33,091 nucleotides of DNA from Octopus bimaculoides (lineage: Eukaryota). Both the position numbers and the translations under genes were made by a program. The stretch spans positions 29,549,815 through 29,582,905 of the forward strand of contig NC_068986.1 of the NCBI RefSeq assembly GCF_001194135.2, in the 5' to 3' direction. Numbering within the stretch: the stretch's first letter is position 1; every line of letters begins with the position of its first letter. The notes beneath the pieces were generated by a model. The model did not search any database. It was not told the origin of the DNA and worked only from the letters and a program-made list of their open reading frames with translations. Shown piece by piece: positions 32,680 through 33,091 of the stretch.

Positions 32680-33091
32680 AGTTAATGTGGTAGTGTGGAG
32701 GCGTATATCGTATTAATCCCCTAACCCTAACCCTAACCCTAAAACTAAAACTAACCCTAACTCTAGAATCCGAACTCTAAAATTGTTACACACATAGATA
32801 CGCACAGCGTAATTTATTATATAAACAATATATGCGTATAAATTACGATTAAACCGGATGAAATATGTCACAGGGAATAACATTTTTATGACCGCCCAGC
32901 AGTAACTCTATTGAGCTGAATAGACGTCAGTGATTGGTTGAAATTACAGAAATACGACAACTTTAACATGAAATAACTTGCGATGTATAATTTTTTGTTA
33001 AGAAGGCTAAGAGAAAAAGTTGTTTTATATGACACATTCTACCAGTGTCCCAAGTTTGAAAGTGTTTCGTTAAGAAAACAAGTGTTGCCCG
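32680..33091. mobile_element. Second copy of the foldback-like family, with (CCCTAA)n, truncated by the window edge
   Basis: ~32915-33091 matches ~8162-8340 (GCTGAAT.GACGTCAGTGATTGGTTGAAATTACAGAAATACGACAACTTTAACATG...GACACATTCTACCAGTG..AAGTTT.AAAGTGTTTCGTTAAGAAAA). Confidence 0.8.

Noticed and set aside
2-33091. Long ORFs in the track (e.g. 24063..25037, 31084..32169, 5609..6529, and the MYVC/HTHT/YIYI ORFs)
   Set aside because: They consist of translated N gaps or microsatellites, with no protein-like content.

Overview
AT-rich, microsatellite-dense eukaryotic non-coding DNA with many N gaps, probably intronic or intergenic. The SINE repertoire, TTAGGG motif and microsatellite density look like an octopus or other coleoid cephalopod genome (inference from recall, not a search). 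No intact protein-coding gene is supported: the long ORFs in the track are microsatellite, triplet-repeat or N-gap artefacts. Supported content includes a near full-length decayed DD34D mariner with TIRs (3863-5223), a DD41D rosa-type Tc1/mariner 3' remnant (722-1259) and an R4/Dong-type RLE LINE remnant (26995-27290). It also includes a Penelope-like protein remnant (~11800-11890), at least 15 tRNA-derived SINE copies or fragments from several modular families, a long-TIR foldback element with an 8-bp TSD (7278-8353, second copy at the window end), a pogo-like MITE and a Helitron-like 5' end. The most interesting signals are four. (1) A type I hammerhead ribozyme with a fully canonical core and palindromic stem III lies inside a ~306/337-bp directly repeated non-coding unit (retrozyme or Penelope pLTR-like, 13821-14209). 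(2) A tRNA-SINE carries a degenerate hammerhead in its tail (9830-10060). (3) A head-to-head SINE pair is enclosed by one 21-bp TSD (16398-16874). (4) An inverted-duplicated octamer+CCAAT cassette sits in a GC-rich island (28910-29430). A few short minus-strand candidate exons hint at a host gene but are unproven.
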